A stretch of DNA of 64,000 nt from an uncultured Acidimicrobiia bacterium (GCA_963752335.1 CAVVXW010000003.1:274672-338671); one strand, 5' to 3'. Shown: positions 8,272 through 18,734, counted from the first letter of the stretch. The notes: generated by a model not told the origin, from the letters alone. A program made the numbers and translations.

Positions 8272-9390
8272 GTGCAGATCATCTTCGTCTCCAGCGTCGC
8301 CGCCGGCGGCTCGGGTACCTCGCAGCGTCAGCTCGCTCGCCGCCTCGCCGACCGCGGGCACTCGGTGCATCTCCTCGCTGCGACCCCGACGAGCAGAGTC
8401 GTGCGACCGCTCTATGACCATCAGGTCGACCTCAGCACCAGGCTCCGGGCCAGCCGGGCGCGGCCCGCGTTGCTCGCGCTCCAGCGGCCCTGGGGGCGCC
8501 GGATCCGGCGCGCCGACACACCCGACTTCCCGACGTGGTTCGCGGCGGTTCCGGAGAACGGCTACCGGGCACTGCGTCGCCGCGCGCGGCCCGACGTGGT
8601 CGTCGCGAGCAGCATCGAGAGGGTCTCGTGGCGCCGCCTCCGTGCCCAGCTCCGGGCCGAAGCGATCCCGAGCGTCTTGTATCTGCGGGAGGCATCCGCG
8701 ATCGGGCATCTGACGATCACGGCCGCGCCACCGGATCTGCTGCTGGCCAACGCCGCGAGCCTGGCGGGGGCCGCGGTCGAAGCCGGCATCGCCTGTGAGG
8801 TCGTGCCCTCGGTGACGGAGGTCGACCGCGCGCGCGTCGACTCGTCGCGCGAGACCATCCTGCTCGTGAACCCGATCACCCTGCTGGGGGGCGACCGACT
8901 GTTCCCGATCGCGGCGGCCCGGCCCGAGCTCCGATTCGTCGTGCAGGAGTCCGGGCTCCTGAGTGGCGAGGAGCGGACGCGCGTCCACCGTCTCGCTGCC
9001 GCGCTCCCGAATGTCGAGGTGCGGTCGTTTGCGAGCGATCCGGCCGCGGTCTTCCGGGACGCCCGGCTCCTGCTCGTGCCCCACCGCGTCGACAACCGGC
9101 CGCGAGTCGTGCTCGAGGCGCAGACCAACGGAATTCCGGTCATCGCGAGCGACTACCCGGGTCTGAACGAATCCGTCGGTTCGGGAGGCACCCTCGTCGA
9201 GGACACCGACGACCCGATGCCGTGGCTGCGGGCCATCGACGAGGCACTCACGCCCGGGCGCTACGAGCGGCTCGTGGTCGCGGCGCGAGCGCACGCGGCC
9301 CGTGACGACGTGCGCCCCGAACGGATCGTCGACCGCTTCGAGCGGCTGCTCGACGATCTGGTTCGCGGCGACGCGACACCCGCGCGCTGA
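8272..9390 (+). CDS. Glycosyltransferase, GT-B fold (GT4-like)
   Basis: N-terminus VQIIFVSSVAAGGSGTSQRQLARRLADRGHSVHLL. C-terminal PRVVLEAQTNGIPVIASDYPGLNESV. GTG at 8272 chosen inside track ORF 8116..9390. Confidence 0.75.
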   Translation: MQIIFVSSVAAGGSGTSQRQLARRLADRGHSVHLLAATPTSRVVRPLYDHQVDLSTRLRASRARPALLALQRPWGRRIRRADTPDFPTWFAAVPENGYRALRRRARPDVVVASSIERVSWRRLRAQLRAEAIPSVLYLREASAIGHLTITAAPPDLLLANAASLAGAAVEAGIACEVVPSVTEVDRARVDSSRETILLVNPITLLGGDRLFPIAAARPELRFVVQESGLLSGEERTRVHRLAAALPNVEVRSFASDPAAVFRDARLLLVPHRVDNRPRVVLEAQTNGIPVIASDYPGLNESVGSGGTLVEDTDDPMPWLRAIDEALTPGRYERLVVAARAHAARDDVRPERIVDRFERLLDDLVRGDATPAR

Positions 9391-10251
9391 TCAGGCGCGA
9401 TCGTCGCCGTCGAGGAAGCGGGCCACTGCCTCACCCCACGCCGTCCGCGCCTCGGTGCGCCTCGCCTCGGGACCCTGGGCCGAGAACCAGTTGTGGTACA
9501 CGATCCCGCCGTACACCGTGCCGATCACGCCGGGTCCTCGTACCTCGGACGGCTCGATCAGCCCGACGCGGCCCGGCTCTCGCATCGAGATCCGTTCCGC
9601 GACGTCCCATGACCTCCCGTGCACGAACTCGCCCGCCTGCCAGTGCGACCGGATGAACGAGTGCTTGCGATCCCGGAAGTCCCTGGTGCGCATGGCGAGC
9701 ATGCTGGGATGGGCGAAGCCCCGGTGCATGTGCCCACCGACGACGATGTTGCCCTCGTCGAGCTTCGACCGCAGGACGTCGAGCCAGTCCGCGCGGACCG
9801 GGAAGGCGTCCACGTCGAGGGTCGCGAAGAACTCCGTTCGCACCATGTGGACGCCAAGATCCAGGGCCGGACCGTGGCCGAGGTTGATTGGGAGGAGCAG
9901 CGACCGGACGCCGCGGCTCCGGATGACGCCCCGGGAGTCGTCGGTCGAGGCGTTGTCGATGACGATGAGCTCGGCCTCCGGACTGAACTGGCGGACACCC
10001 CGGATGAGGTCCTCGAGGAACTCGGCGGTGTTCCAGTTGACCGTCAGCACCGTGAACCGACCCGGTTCGAGGCGCCGGTGGCGGTGGCGGGCGGTGAACC
10101 GGCTCGTCCCGGCCGCGGCCGTGGCGAGGAGGCGAGTCGTGCGGAACTTGAGGTCCGAGACGAGTGGGCGGGAGGACACGGCTTGCTCCGTCACCGACAC
10201 CCGCCGGCCGGGCTCGGCGCGGCGGAGCGTCGTCGCCCGAGCACGGAACAT
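9391..10251 (-). CDS. Glycosyltransferase family 2-like (type A paralogue 1 of 3)
   Basis: FTVLTVNWNTAEFLEDLI, LIVIDNASTDDS, LDVDAFP (DxD). Paralogous to 11217..12044 and 30753..31577. ATG at 10251 chosen inside the track ORF. Confidence 0.8.
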   Translation of the reverse strand: MFRARATTLRRAEPGRRVSVTEQAVSSRPLVSDLKFRTTRLLATAAAGTSRFTARHRHRRLEPGRFTVLTVNWNTAEFLEDLIRGVRQFSPEAELIVIDNASTDDSRGVIRSRGVRSLLLPINLGHGPALDLGVHMVRTEFFATLDVDAFPVRADWLDVLRSKLDEGNIVVGGHMHRGFAHPSMLAMRTRDFRDRKHSFIRSHWQAGEFVHGRSWDVAERISMREPGRVGLIEPSEVRGPGVIGTVYGGIVYHNWFSAQGPEARRTEARTAWGEAVARFLDGDDRA

Positions 10252-10339
10252 GGCGGCGTACGCTACCCGGGCCCACCGCAGCCAACACCCACGCAGCCGG
10301 ATGCACCCGCTCCCGGCGTTCGACGACCAGCCCGGACCC

Positions 10340-11215
10340 ATGACCTTGGCGCCCCCACCACAGCTGTCGGTCGTGATCGCGGCTCATGACGCCGCGGCCA
10401 CCCTCGAGGACCAGCTCGACGCCCTGTGCGCCCAGGATTGGGAGCGGCCCTGGGAGATCGTCGTCGTGGACAACGGCTCGACGGACGCCACGCCGGCGAT
10501 CGTCGAGCGCGCCGCGGCGCACTGTCCCCGACTGCGCCTCGTCGCGGCGACCGATGGCCGCGGTCCGGCCTACGCCCGCAACGTCGGCGCCCGCGCGGCA
10601 GCCGGGACGCTCCTCGCGTTCTGCGACGCCGACGACGTCGTCGGTCCCGGATGGGTCGCCGCGATGGGTGACGCGCTCGCCGAGCACGATTTCGTGTGCG
10701 GCCCGGTCGAACTCGCCCGGCTGAACCCTTCTTGGCTGGTCGGATCGCGCGGATCGACGGGGACCGACGCGGTCGCGTGGTTCGAGGACCGGTTCCCGTT
10801 CGCCAGCTCGTGCAATCTGGGAATCCGCCGTGATCGCTTCGACGCGGTCTCGGGTTTCGACGAGTCGCTGCATGTCGGTGAGGACATCGACCTGTCGATG
10901 CGGTTGCACCTGGAAGGTGTCCGGCTCGCGTTCTGTCGCGGGGCACTGATCCACTACCGGTACCGACCCACGCTCTGGTCCACGTTCGATCGCGGCGTCG
11001 CCTACGGCGCGGCGGGGCCCGTGATCGCGGAGCGTTGGAGGGAGCGAGGTGGCACTCCGGTCGCAGGTCGCCGGAGCGCGCGTGGGTGGGCCTGGCTCGT
11101 GCGGCACATCATGTTGCTGCGACGCCGCGACGGTCGGGCGCGTTGGCTCTGGGTCGCCGGCCAGCGGATCGGACGGATCGCCGGCTCGGTCCGCGTGCGG
11201 CGGCTCTACCTCTGA
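10340..11215 (+). CDS. Glycosyltransferase family 2 (type B paralogue 1 of 2)
   Basis: LSVVIAAHDAAATLEDQLDALCAQ, VVVDNGSTDAT, FCDADD, VGEDIDLSMRL. ATG at 10340 inside track ORF 9302..11215. Confidence 0.85.
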   Translation: MTLAPPPQLSVVIAAHDAAATLEDQLDALCAQDWERPWEIVVVDNGSTDATPAIVERAAAHCPRLRLVAATDGRGPAYARNVGARAAAGTLLAFCDADDVVGPGWVAAMGDALAEHDFVCGPVELARLNPSWLVGSRGSTGTDAVAWFEDRFPFASSCNLGIRRDRFDAVSGFDESLHVGEDIDLSMRLHLEGVRLAFCRGALIHYRYRPTLWSTFDRGVAYGAAGPVIAERWRERGGTPVAGRRSARGWAWLVRHIMLLRRRDGRARWLWVAGQRIGRIAGSVRVRRLYL

Positions 11216-11216
11216 G

Positions 11217-12044
11217 TCACCAGGAGAGCTCGCCCTCGGCGACGGGCGAGGTTCCGAGATATTCGGTCAGCGCCTCGTTCCACGCGCACTCGGCGTCGGT
11301 CGGCGTCAGCCCGTCGACCGCGATGTCGGATCGCAGTCGGGTCGAGGCACCGTTGTGGTACACGAACCCGCCGAAGACCGATCCGAGCTGCATGGGGCCA
11401 CGCACTCGGGTCCGCGGGAACGCGTGGACGCGGTCGAGCCCTTCGCGCCGCGTGATGCTCTCACCGGTGTCCCACTCCTCGCGTCCGAGCAGGGCCGGGT
11501 TCCACGTGCCCACGTGCGGGGTGAAGGTGTGGCGGCGGGCGGCGAAGTACGACGTGCGCATCGCCAGGCAGCACGGGTGGATGTACCCGCGCTTGGCTTC
11601 GGCGCCGGTCACGAACTTGTGGTGTCGCAAGGGCTCGAGGAGCTCGTCGAGCCAACCCTCGACGATCGGGAACGCGTCGACGTCCAGCGCGACCGTGTAC
11701 TCGGTCCGGCTCAGGAGGAACGCGAGGTCCATGGCCGGTCCGTGGAACACGTTGCGGCTGAGCAACACGCTCCGGACCCGTCCGGTCGAGCGTTGACTGC
11801 GGAGCCAGCGCCGGCTGCCGTCGGTGGAGCCGTTGTCGATCACCAGGATGTCCAGGCGTCCGCCGGACGGCGGTCCGAAGCGCTCGAGCGCGTACACGAC
11901 GTCCTTCAGCAGGTCGACGGCGTTCCAGTTGACGATTGCCACGGTGGCGCCCGGGTGCAACCGGAAGCCCGGGACGGCGGATCGCGCCAGCAGGACCACC
12001 CGCCAGCGCAAGATCCGGAACAGGAGGTTCATCGGCCGGTTCAT
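11217..12044 (-). CDS. Glycosyltransferase family 2-like (type A paralogue 2 of 3)
   Basis: Last 275 codons of the 1300-aa track ORF: VAIVNWNAVDLLKDVV, LVIDNGSTDGS, LDVDAFP. ATG at 12044. An upstream GTG at 12191 is an alternative start. Confidence 0.75.
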   Translation of the reverse strand: MNRPMNLLFRILRWRVVLLARSAVPGFRLHPGATVAIVNWNAVDLLKDVVYALERFGPPSGGRLDILVIDNGSTDGSRRWLRSQRSTGRVRSVLLSRNVFHGPAMDLAFLLSRTEYTVALDVDAFPIVEGWLDELLEPLRHHKFVTGAEAKRGYIHPCCLAMRTSYFAARRHTFTPHVGTWNPALLGREEWDTGESITRREGLDRVHAFPRTRVRGPMQLGSVFGGFVYHNGASTRLRSDIAVDGLTPTDAECAWNEALTEYLGTSPVAEGELSW

Positions 12045-12314
12045 CACGGCGTCGTCGACCACGGTCGCGCGCCACGGCGGGACGAAGGGCTCCTCACGCG
12101 GTGTACGAAGGCGAGTGGCGATCCGCCGGATCAGGGACCACGATCGCGACACCGTTCCGGGCGTGTCGGGTGAGGGGTCCGGGTCGGTCACGGGCGCAAT
12201 CGTATTCGGCGCCGACTGATCCCCGGACGGGCGCAGCAGCCGGTCGGGAGCGGGACGGGCTCCCGGTACGATCCCCGACGTGTCGGTCCGTTCCTCGACC
12301 TCCGCCGAGCTCCG

Positions 12315-13199
12315 GTGACGGACGATTCGGCCTCGCCGGTCGAGCTCTCGGTCGTGATCCCGGCGCGCAACGAAGCGGGCACGATCGTGGCGCAACTGGA
12401 CGCGCTCGCGGCGCAATCGTGGGACGGAACCTGGGAGGTCGTCGTCGTCGACAATGGCTCCACGGACGCGACGGCCGCGGTCGTGACGTCCTACGGTGCG
12501 TCGTGCCCGCGGGTACGCCTGGTGGCCGCGACGGAACGCGCCGGTCTGAACTACACGCGCAACGTCGGGATCGAGGCGGCGCGGGGCATCGCCTTCGCGT
12601 TGTGCGACGCGGACGATCTCGTCGAGCCGGGATGGGTTGCGGCCATGGGCGACGCGCTGCGAGAGCACGCGATGGTCACCGGTGCCCTCGAGCTGGACCT
12701 CCTGAACCCGGAGTGGCTGGCCGGTTCCCGCGGCCGCGGCGACGAACGCGGACTGCCGACGTTCCACGGGATCTTCCCGACGGTGCACGGCAACAACATG
12801 GGGATGCAGCGCGAGACGTGGAAGGCGCTCGGGCGTTTCGACGAGGTCGTGATCATCGGTGCCGATGACGTCGAGCTCTCGATGCGGGCGTGGATCCAGG
12901 GCGTGGCAATCCACTTCGTCCCGGATGCGGTCGTCCACTACCGGTACCGCCCCGAGCCGGCCGCGTTGTGGCGGCAGGGTCGCAACTACGGACGGTCGCG
13001 ACCGCTCGTGGTCCGACGACTTCGGGAGCAGGGGCTCGAATGTCCCAGCCGTGTCGCGGGCTGGCGGTCCTGGGCGTGGCTCGTTGCGCACGTCCCCGAT
13101 CTCCGCACCGACGAGGGACGCGCCGCGTGGACCTGGGTTGCGGCGAACCGCCTCGGACAGGTCGAAGGCTCGATCCGCTACCGCTCGCTCTTCATCTGA
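12315..13199 (+). CDS. Glycosyltransferase family 2 (type B paralogue 2 of 2)
   Basis: LSVVIPARNEAGTIVAQLDALAAQ, VVVDNGSTDAT, LCDADD, GADDVELSMRA. Collinear with 10340..11215. Confidence 0.85.
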   Translation: MTDDSASPVELSVVIPARNEAGTIVAQLDALAAQSWDGTWEVVVVDNGSTDATAAVVTSYGASCPRVRLVAATERAGLNYTRNVGIEAARGIAFALCDADDLVEPGWVAAMGDALREHAMVTGALELDLLNPEWLAGSRGRGDERGLPTFHGIFPTVHGNNMGMQRETWKALGRFDEVVIIGADDVELSMRAWIQGVAIHFVPDAVVHYRYRPEPAALWRQGRNYGRSRPLVVRRLREQGLECPSRVAGWRSWAWLVAHVPDLRTDEGRAAWTWVAANRLGQVEGSIRYRSLFI

Positions 13200-14318
13200 C
13201 CGATCGAGCCTGTGCCTCGAGGTACACCGCGCGCAACGCCTCCCCGATCCGCTCTGGTGCCTGGTCGATCGCGATCCGGCGGGCGCCCTCCGACACGCGC
13301 GTTGCCACGTGGCGGGATCGGCGAACGCGCAGCGGATGGCGTCCGCCAGCGCGTCGGGCGCACCCGGCTCGACAACCCAGCCCGCCGCGCCACCCACGAC
13401 GGACGCCCGCAGCGCGCCGACGTCGGTCACGACCGCCGGAAGGTGGCTTCCGAACGCGTCGTGCAGCACACCGCTCTGCGAGCTGAACGCCGTGTACGGG
13501 AGGACCATGAGGTCTGCCTCGCGCAGGAGCTGGGTCTTGCGCTCCGGGGTGATCCATTCGATCTCGGCGCGCAGTTGGGGCATCCGGGCCGCGGCCGCGA
13601 GCACCACGGCCTCGAGGTCGGAGTCGCCCCGGCCCGCGATGTGGAATCGGATCCCCGCGTCGGGCCCGATGCGCTCGATCGCCTCGAGCAGCTCGGGAAT
13701 TCCCTTGTTCCGGCGCAGCGTGCCGAAGCAGAGCACGGTCGGCTCGTCTGCGAGCACTCGCCGGTCGTCGACGTCGCGAAAGGGTGAGACCCAGTGCGGC
13801 ACCACGTGGATCCGGTCGGTCGGCGTGCCGAATCGGTCGTGGAGCTCGGCGCCGACGTCGGCATGGTGGACCACGATGGAGCCGCAGCGACGGTAGAGCG
13901 CGGCGAGCAAGCGCTGCTGGAGCGCAGCGGGAAGGCGCGTCCGGTGCGGGATCACGTCGTGAACCGTCGTGACGATGGTGACCCGTCGGGCGAGCCGTTC
14001 CAGCTCGACGATGTCGGTGTACTGGTTCAGGAACGCAACGTGGGCGACATCGAAACCACCACGAGCGACCGCGTGGCGCCGGATCCGGGCACGCTTGGTG
14101 TAGGTCGCGATCCGCGATCCGGCCCATTCCACCGTTCCCCGGGCGGTCGGGTCCACATCGGGGAGCTCGGCGCGCATCGTGACCCGCGCCGTCGACGCGC
14201 GCGGCGCGCCCGGGCGGTCGAGTGCGTGCACCGTGAGCGTGTCCTGCGGGCCGGGTGTCGCGTAGGCGAGCGCGATGTCCTCCTCGCGAGCGAAGGGCCA
14301 GTACCAGTAGATCCGCAT
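13192..14318 (-). CDS. Glycosyltransferase GT4-like. The reading frame breaks once near the 3' end (about 13297).
   Basis: MRIYWYWPF..., VLCFGTLRRNKGIPELLEAI, LMVLPYTAFSSQSGVLHDAFGSHLPAVVTDVG. The conserved C-terminus (RRIAIDQAPERIGEALRAVYLEAQA) lies in the frame of track ORF 13192..14523. Confidence 0.7.
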
Positions 14319-14383
14319 GAGCACCTTGGACGTCGGAAACGCGAGGAGAGTACCGGTCGGGCGCTCGAGCGTCCGCCGGTAGA

Positions 14384-15323
14384 GTGACCCCGATGGTTCG
14401 CGTCCTCCTCGCCGGTGCGCCTCGATCGGGCACCTCCTGGACGGCGGGTGCGCTCGGATCGTGTGCGGGGGTGCGGCTCGTCGACGAGCCCGACGGGTTC
14501 CGCGGCGCGTTCGCGTTCCGCACGATGATGCAGCTCGGCGAGAATCCGCGGCTGATGCCGGGCGACGTCGCCCCCGACTACGAGCGACTCTGGGCGGGTG
14601 TGTTCTCGGGGGCCGCACCGCCGCGGGGAGTGCTGGCCCGACTCGGCGGGCGGATGTACCGCCGCGCGGGGACCGAGCGGCGCCGGCAGGCCCGCGCCGA
14701 CGGGCGCCCTGGGGTCGGGCTGCGCGTGGCGATGGCGGCGGCAGGTCCGCCGGGCGCCGACGCGCATTGTGCGCACGTGGTGGCCAAGTCGGTGCAGTGT
14801 GCGCGTTCCATCGAATGGATCGTCGACCGCTTCGCGCCCACCACGGTCGTGCTCGCGCGGCACCCGCTGAACGCGATCGCCAGCTGGCGTGACCTGGGTT
14901 TCGTCCGGAACCCACGGGAGAACGAGTCCCTCGCGCTCGACGCGCGCGATCGGTGGGGCGTGGTCGCGCCGGGGCCGGACGCGCCTCGGCTCGCTCACCA
15001 GGCGTTCGTCTACGCGGTGACCGCGTCGGCATTCGCCGAGGCCGCCTCCCGTCATCCCGACTGGATCGTCGTGCATCATGAGGATCTCTGTCGCGACGCC
15101 GCGGTCGAGCTGCGCACACTGGCGGAACGGCTCGGCCTCACCTGGACCGACGCCGCAACGAGCTTCGTCGCCGAGTCCGACCGCCAGGGGACCGGATTCG
15201 TCACCGCCCGGGTCGCCGCGGCAGCAGAAGGACCGTTGGCGGGAGCGCCTCAGCGCGTCCGACGTCGAGCTCGTCCGATCGGTGCTGGCCGGATTCCCGG
15301 CCGGACTGCTCGCCGACTGTTGA
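14384..15323 (+). CDS. Sulfotransferase. The reading frame breaks once (about 15206-15211).
   Basis: VRVLLAGAPRSGTSWTAGAL. The expected C-terminus QQKDRWRERLSASDVELVRSVLAGFPAGLL is in the frame of track ORF 15078..15323. Its stop lies 1 nt before the next gene's start. Confidence 0.75.
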
Positions 15324-15324
15324 C

Positions 15325-16464
15325 GTGCCGGACGGCTCGCCGGCACCGGCGCCTCCGTGTCGAGTGCTGTGGCTCGTGAAGGGACTCGGGCCGGGCGGAG
15401 CCGAACACCTGCTGGTGGCGGCGGCGGGATGCCACGATCACGCCGCCTTCTCCATCCGGTGCGCCTACCTGCTGCCGTGGAAGCGACAGCTGGTCGCCGC
15501 CCTCGCCGACCGCGGTGTCGCGTCGAGATGTCTCGAGGTCAAGGACGAACGCGACGTCCGCTGGGCGTTCCGGCTGCGTCGGATGCTGGTCGAGGACCCG
15601 GTCGACGTGCTCCACGCGCATTCGCCGTACCCGGCGGGGATCGCCCGACTCGTCGTGCGAACGTTGCCGCGACGTCTCCGGCCGAAGGTCGTGTACACGC
15701 TGCACAACACCTGGGGGAGCTTCGCCCGACCGACGCGTGTGCTCAACGGGGCGACGATGCGCCTGGATGCAGCCGACCTCGCGGTGTCCGAGCTCGTGCG
15801 ATCGACCGAGCCGGCCGCGCTCGCCGCCCGTACCGAGGTGTTGGTCCACGGCATCGACCTCGACACGGCGCGAGCTCAGCGTGATCGGTCCGGCGCGCGC
15901 GCCGAGCTGGGAGTGACCGAGGACGACTTCGTGGTCGGCACCGTGGCGAACCTGCGCGCGCAGAAGGACTATCCGAACCTCCTTGCGGCTGCCCGGCTGC
16001 TCGCCGACCGCGGGGTGCCCGTCCGCATCCTCGCGGTCGGGCAGGGCCCACTCGAGGCTGAGATCCACGCCGAGCACGCGCGGCTCGACCTCGACGGCGT
16101 CGTGGACCTCCTCGGCGAGCGACCCGACGCGGTCCGCGTGATGAGCGCGTGCGACGTCTTCGTCCTCGCGTCCAGCAACGAAGGTCTTCCGGTGGCCGTC
16201 ATGGAGGCCTTGGCGATCGGCCTCCCGATCGTGGCGACGAGGGTCGGCGGGCTCGCCGAGGCGGTCGACGACACCAACGGCGTGCTCGTCCCTCCGCGCG
16301 ATCCCGTCGCGCTCGCCGACGCGCTCGGCGCGCTCGCCGCGGACCCCACGAGGCGCGCGCGCCTCGGCGCGGGCTCGACCGCGGCGGCGGCGCAGTTCGA
16401 CATCCGGCGCACGGTTGCGAGGGTCGAGGCGGTCTACCGGACGATCACGAGCGCGCGGCCGTGA
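15325..16464 (+). CDS. Glycosyltransferase GT4
   Basis: VLWLVKGLGPGGAEHLL, VGTVANLRAQKDYPNLL, FVLASSNEGLPVAVMEALAIGLPIVATRVGGLAEAV (EX7E region). Confidence 0.85.
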   Translation: MPDGSPAPAPPCRVLWLVKGLGPGGAEHLLVAAAGCHDHAAFSIRCAYLLPWKRQLVAALADRGVASRCLEVKDERDVRWAFRLRRMLVEDPVDVLHAHSPYPAGIARLVVRTLPRRLRPKVVYTLHNTWGSFARPTRVLNGATMRLDAADLAVSELVRSTEPAALAARTEVLVHGIDLDTARAQRDRSGARAELGVTEDDFVVGTVANLRAQKDYPNLLAAARLLADRGVPVRILAVGQGPLEAEIHAEHARLDLDGVVDLLGERPDAVRVMSACDVFVLASSNEGLPVAVMEALAIGLPIVATRVGGLAEAVDDTNGVLVPPRDPVALADALGALAADPTRRARLGAGSTAAAAQFDIRRTVARVEAVYRTITSARP

Positions 16465-17436
16465 GCGCACTCGAGTACCGGCGCGCCACCGATGCCGACC
16501 GATCGGCGATCATCGACCTGCTCCGGGTCTCGCTCGGACGTGAGGTGGATCCTCGTTACGAGGAGCTCTTCGCGTGGAAGCACGTCGAGAACCCCTTCGG
16601 TCCGTCGCCGGCGTGGGTCGCGGTCGACGGCTCCCGGGTCGCGGGGTTTCGCGTCCTCATGCGCTGGGAGTTCCTCGACGGAGATCGGATCGTCCGCGCG
16701 GTCCGAGCGGTGGACACCGCGACGCACCCCGACTACCAGGGACGCGGGATCTTCACCGCGCTCACGTTGCACGCGATCGACGAGCTCCGCGACGAGGGAG
16801 TCGCCTTCGTGTTCAACACGCCGAACGACCAGAGCCGGCCGGGATACCTGAAGATGGGGTGGCAGATCGTCGGTCGCCAGCCGACCCTCGTGCGACCGAC
16901 GCGCTGGCGCCGCGCCGCGGTGATCGCCCAGGCGCGTGTGCCCGCCGATCGATGGACGACGCCGAGCACCGCCGGCCGCGACGCCGCCGAGGCCCTCGCC
17001 GACGCCGCCGGTCTCGACTCGTTGCTCGCGACGTACCGGCCCCGAGGATCGGGCCTCCGCACCCATCTCACGCCCGCGTTCCTCCGGTGGCGGTTCGGGA
17101 CCCCACTCCTGGGTTACCGCGCGATCGTCGCCGGCCCCGGGCTCACCGGGGGGGCCGCGATCTTCCGGATCCGCCGGCGCGGTCCGGCGCGCGAGGCCGC
17201 GCTCGGGGCATTGCTCCATCCGTCGGGCGATCGGCGGACCGCGCGCGCGTTGGTGCGTGCCGTCGCCCGGCAGTCCGACGCCGACTACCTGCTCACGATC
17301 GGTCCGGGCCTCGTCGCTCCGGGAGGTCTCGTCCGACTCCCGCGCGTGGGTCCGCTCATGACCTGGCGGGGTGTCACCGCGGACGCGCCCGCCGGAGGGG
17401 TGGAACCTCACCCTGGGCGACATCGAGCTGTTCTGA
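16461..17436 (+). CDS. GNAT-family N-acetyltransferase. One frame break in a GGGG run at 17397-17400.
   Basis: GTGA start/stop overlap with the upstream gene. HPDYQGRGIFTALTLHAIDELRDEGVAFVFNTPN (acetyl-CoA motif A-like). Dropping one G restores the ending AGGWNLTLGDIELF-stop at 17436. Confidence 0.75.
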
Positions 17437-17465
17437 CCGATCCCTCCGACCGCGTCCGGGGGTGC

Positions 17466-18590
17466 TCAGGACGTCCCGGCGTCGATGATCCCCGCGAGGT
17501 ATCCCTCGAAGCTGTGGTGGGTCCGCACATGGGCGCGGCCCGCGGTCATCGCGGCCGCCTCGAGCTCGTCGCGCCCGGCGATCGCCGCGCGCAACGCCTC
17601 CGCCAGTGCCTCGTCGGACTCGTCCCGGGCCACGACGGCCCCGGCGTATCCCGGCGGCAGCAGATGTCCGAGCGCCGGCGTGACGACGAGGGGACGACCA
17701 CGGGCCATGGCTTCGCCCATCACCGACGAGTAGATGCCGTGACGGAGGTACTTGCCGCGGTAGGGCAGCACCACGAGCGACGCGCCACCGAGCGTCGTGA
17801 AGTACTCCTCCGGCTCGAGCCAGCGGTCCCATCGCTCGAGCCGCGGGTCGGAGGTGTCGAGGGTGGCCATGGCCGCGGGCGCGATCCGTCCGGGGACGAC
17901 GAGCCGGTCGAAGCCTTCCACCGCGCGGGCGGCGCGGAGCAGCGCGGCGAGGCCCTTCTCGACGCGCGCGGTGCCGGCGAAGAGGAGCGTGATGCCGTCA
18001 CCCTCCGGGGCGGGGGCCGACAGGCACGGGTCGTCGGTCGCGACCACGGGCCAGCCGAGCCGTCGGATGTTCTCGACGGGCATGAAGTCGCCGAAGCGCC
18101 GCGCCGCCTCGTCCGTGTGTGCGACCACGCGCGCCCCACTGGCGCCGAGCTGTCGGAGCACCGACTGGTTCTTGGTCTGGCGGGGCTTGCGCGTACCGTC
18201 CGCCCGCTCGTCGATGGCGTTGGTCTGGTGGCCGATCCCCACGAACCTCGGCGAGCTCGGGATGCGGGGTCCGCGGCTGCGGAGCGTCCGCCCCAGCCCG
18301 AGGTCGCACACGACCGCTCCCGGTGGTGCGGCTTTGATCGCCGCGACCAGTGCCCGCCGGTGAGCGAGCTGCGTTCGCCGGTCGGGCAAGGTCGCACCGA
18401 CCTCGACCGGGATCCAATCGAGAGTGCCCGACGAGCGCGGCGCCTTCGGTGCGTGGACGACGAGCGGGACGCGTCGCTTCGCCGCGGCGGCGGCCAGGCC
18501 TTCGAGCGCGTTGTCGGCGTGCGCCGTGCCCGACGGATCGAAGAGCACGACCGCGCTCGGCTCGTCGGGCGAGGACTCCGGGCCGGTCAC
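17466..18590 (-). CDS. Glycosyltransferase, GT-B fold (GT1/GT4-like)
   Basis: ITLLFAGTARVEKGLAALL, SLVVLPYRGKYLRHGIYSSVMGEAMARGRPLVVTP. Start is uncertain: GTG at 18590 preferred over the track ATG at 18740, which would add an (RL/RV) repeat tail. Confidence 0.65.
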   Translation of the reverse strand: MTGPESSPDEPSAVVLFDPSGTAHADNALEGLAAAAAKRRVPLVVHAPKAPRSSGTLDWIPVEVGATLPDRRTQLAHRRALVAAIKAAPPGAVVCDLGLGRTLRSRGPRIPSSPRFVGIGHQTNAIDERADGTRKPRQTKNQSVLRQLGASGARVVAHTDEAARRFGDFMPVENIRRLGWPVVATDDPCLSAPAPEGDGITLLFAGTARVEKGLAALLRAARAVEGFDRLVVPGRIAPAAMATLDTSDPRLERWDRWLEPEEYFTTLGGASLVVLPYRGKYLRHGIYSSVMGEAMARGRPLVVTPALGHLLPPGYAGAVVARDESDEALAEALRAAIAGRDELEAAAMTAGRAHVRTHHSFEGYLAGIIDAGTS

Positions 18591-18692
18591 CGCCGGGATG
18601 ATATTCCGCGGCGTCGGGAACGCCGGACGGCGGAATCGCCCATGGGACCTCGTGCTACCTTGCCCGCTCGACGTCGCTCGTTCGAGCGTCCG

Positions 18693-18734
18693 CCGCACCC
18701 GCACCCGCACCCGCACCCGCAACCGCAACCGCAG
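18693..18734. repeat. Hexanucleotide microsatellite (CCGCAC)x4 (CCGCAA)x2 (CCGCAG)x1
   Basis: Read directly from the sequence. Lies between divergent genes 17466..18590 (-) and 18764..19604 (+). Confidence 0.9.

Noticed and set aside
11217-15119. 1300-aa open reading frame on the minus strand
   Set aside because: It is not one protein. It concatenates a GT2 gene (11217..12044), the stop-free antisense of the GT2 gene 12315..13199, a GT4 gene (to 14318) and Arg-rich antisense of the sulfotransferase 14384..15323. Only the segments with recognisable motifs are kept.
18693-18734. CRISPR array or other spacer-containing repeat
   Set aside because: It is a contiguous 6-nt microsatellite without spacers. 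No CRISPR-like repeat-spacer architecture or cas genes appear anywhere in the window.
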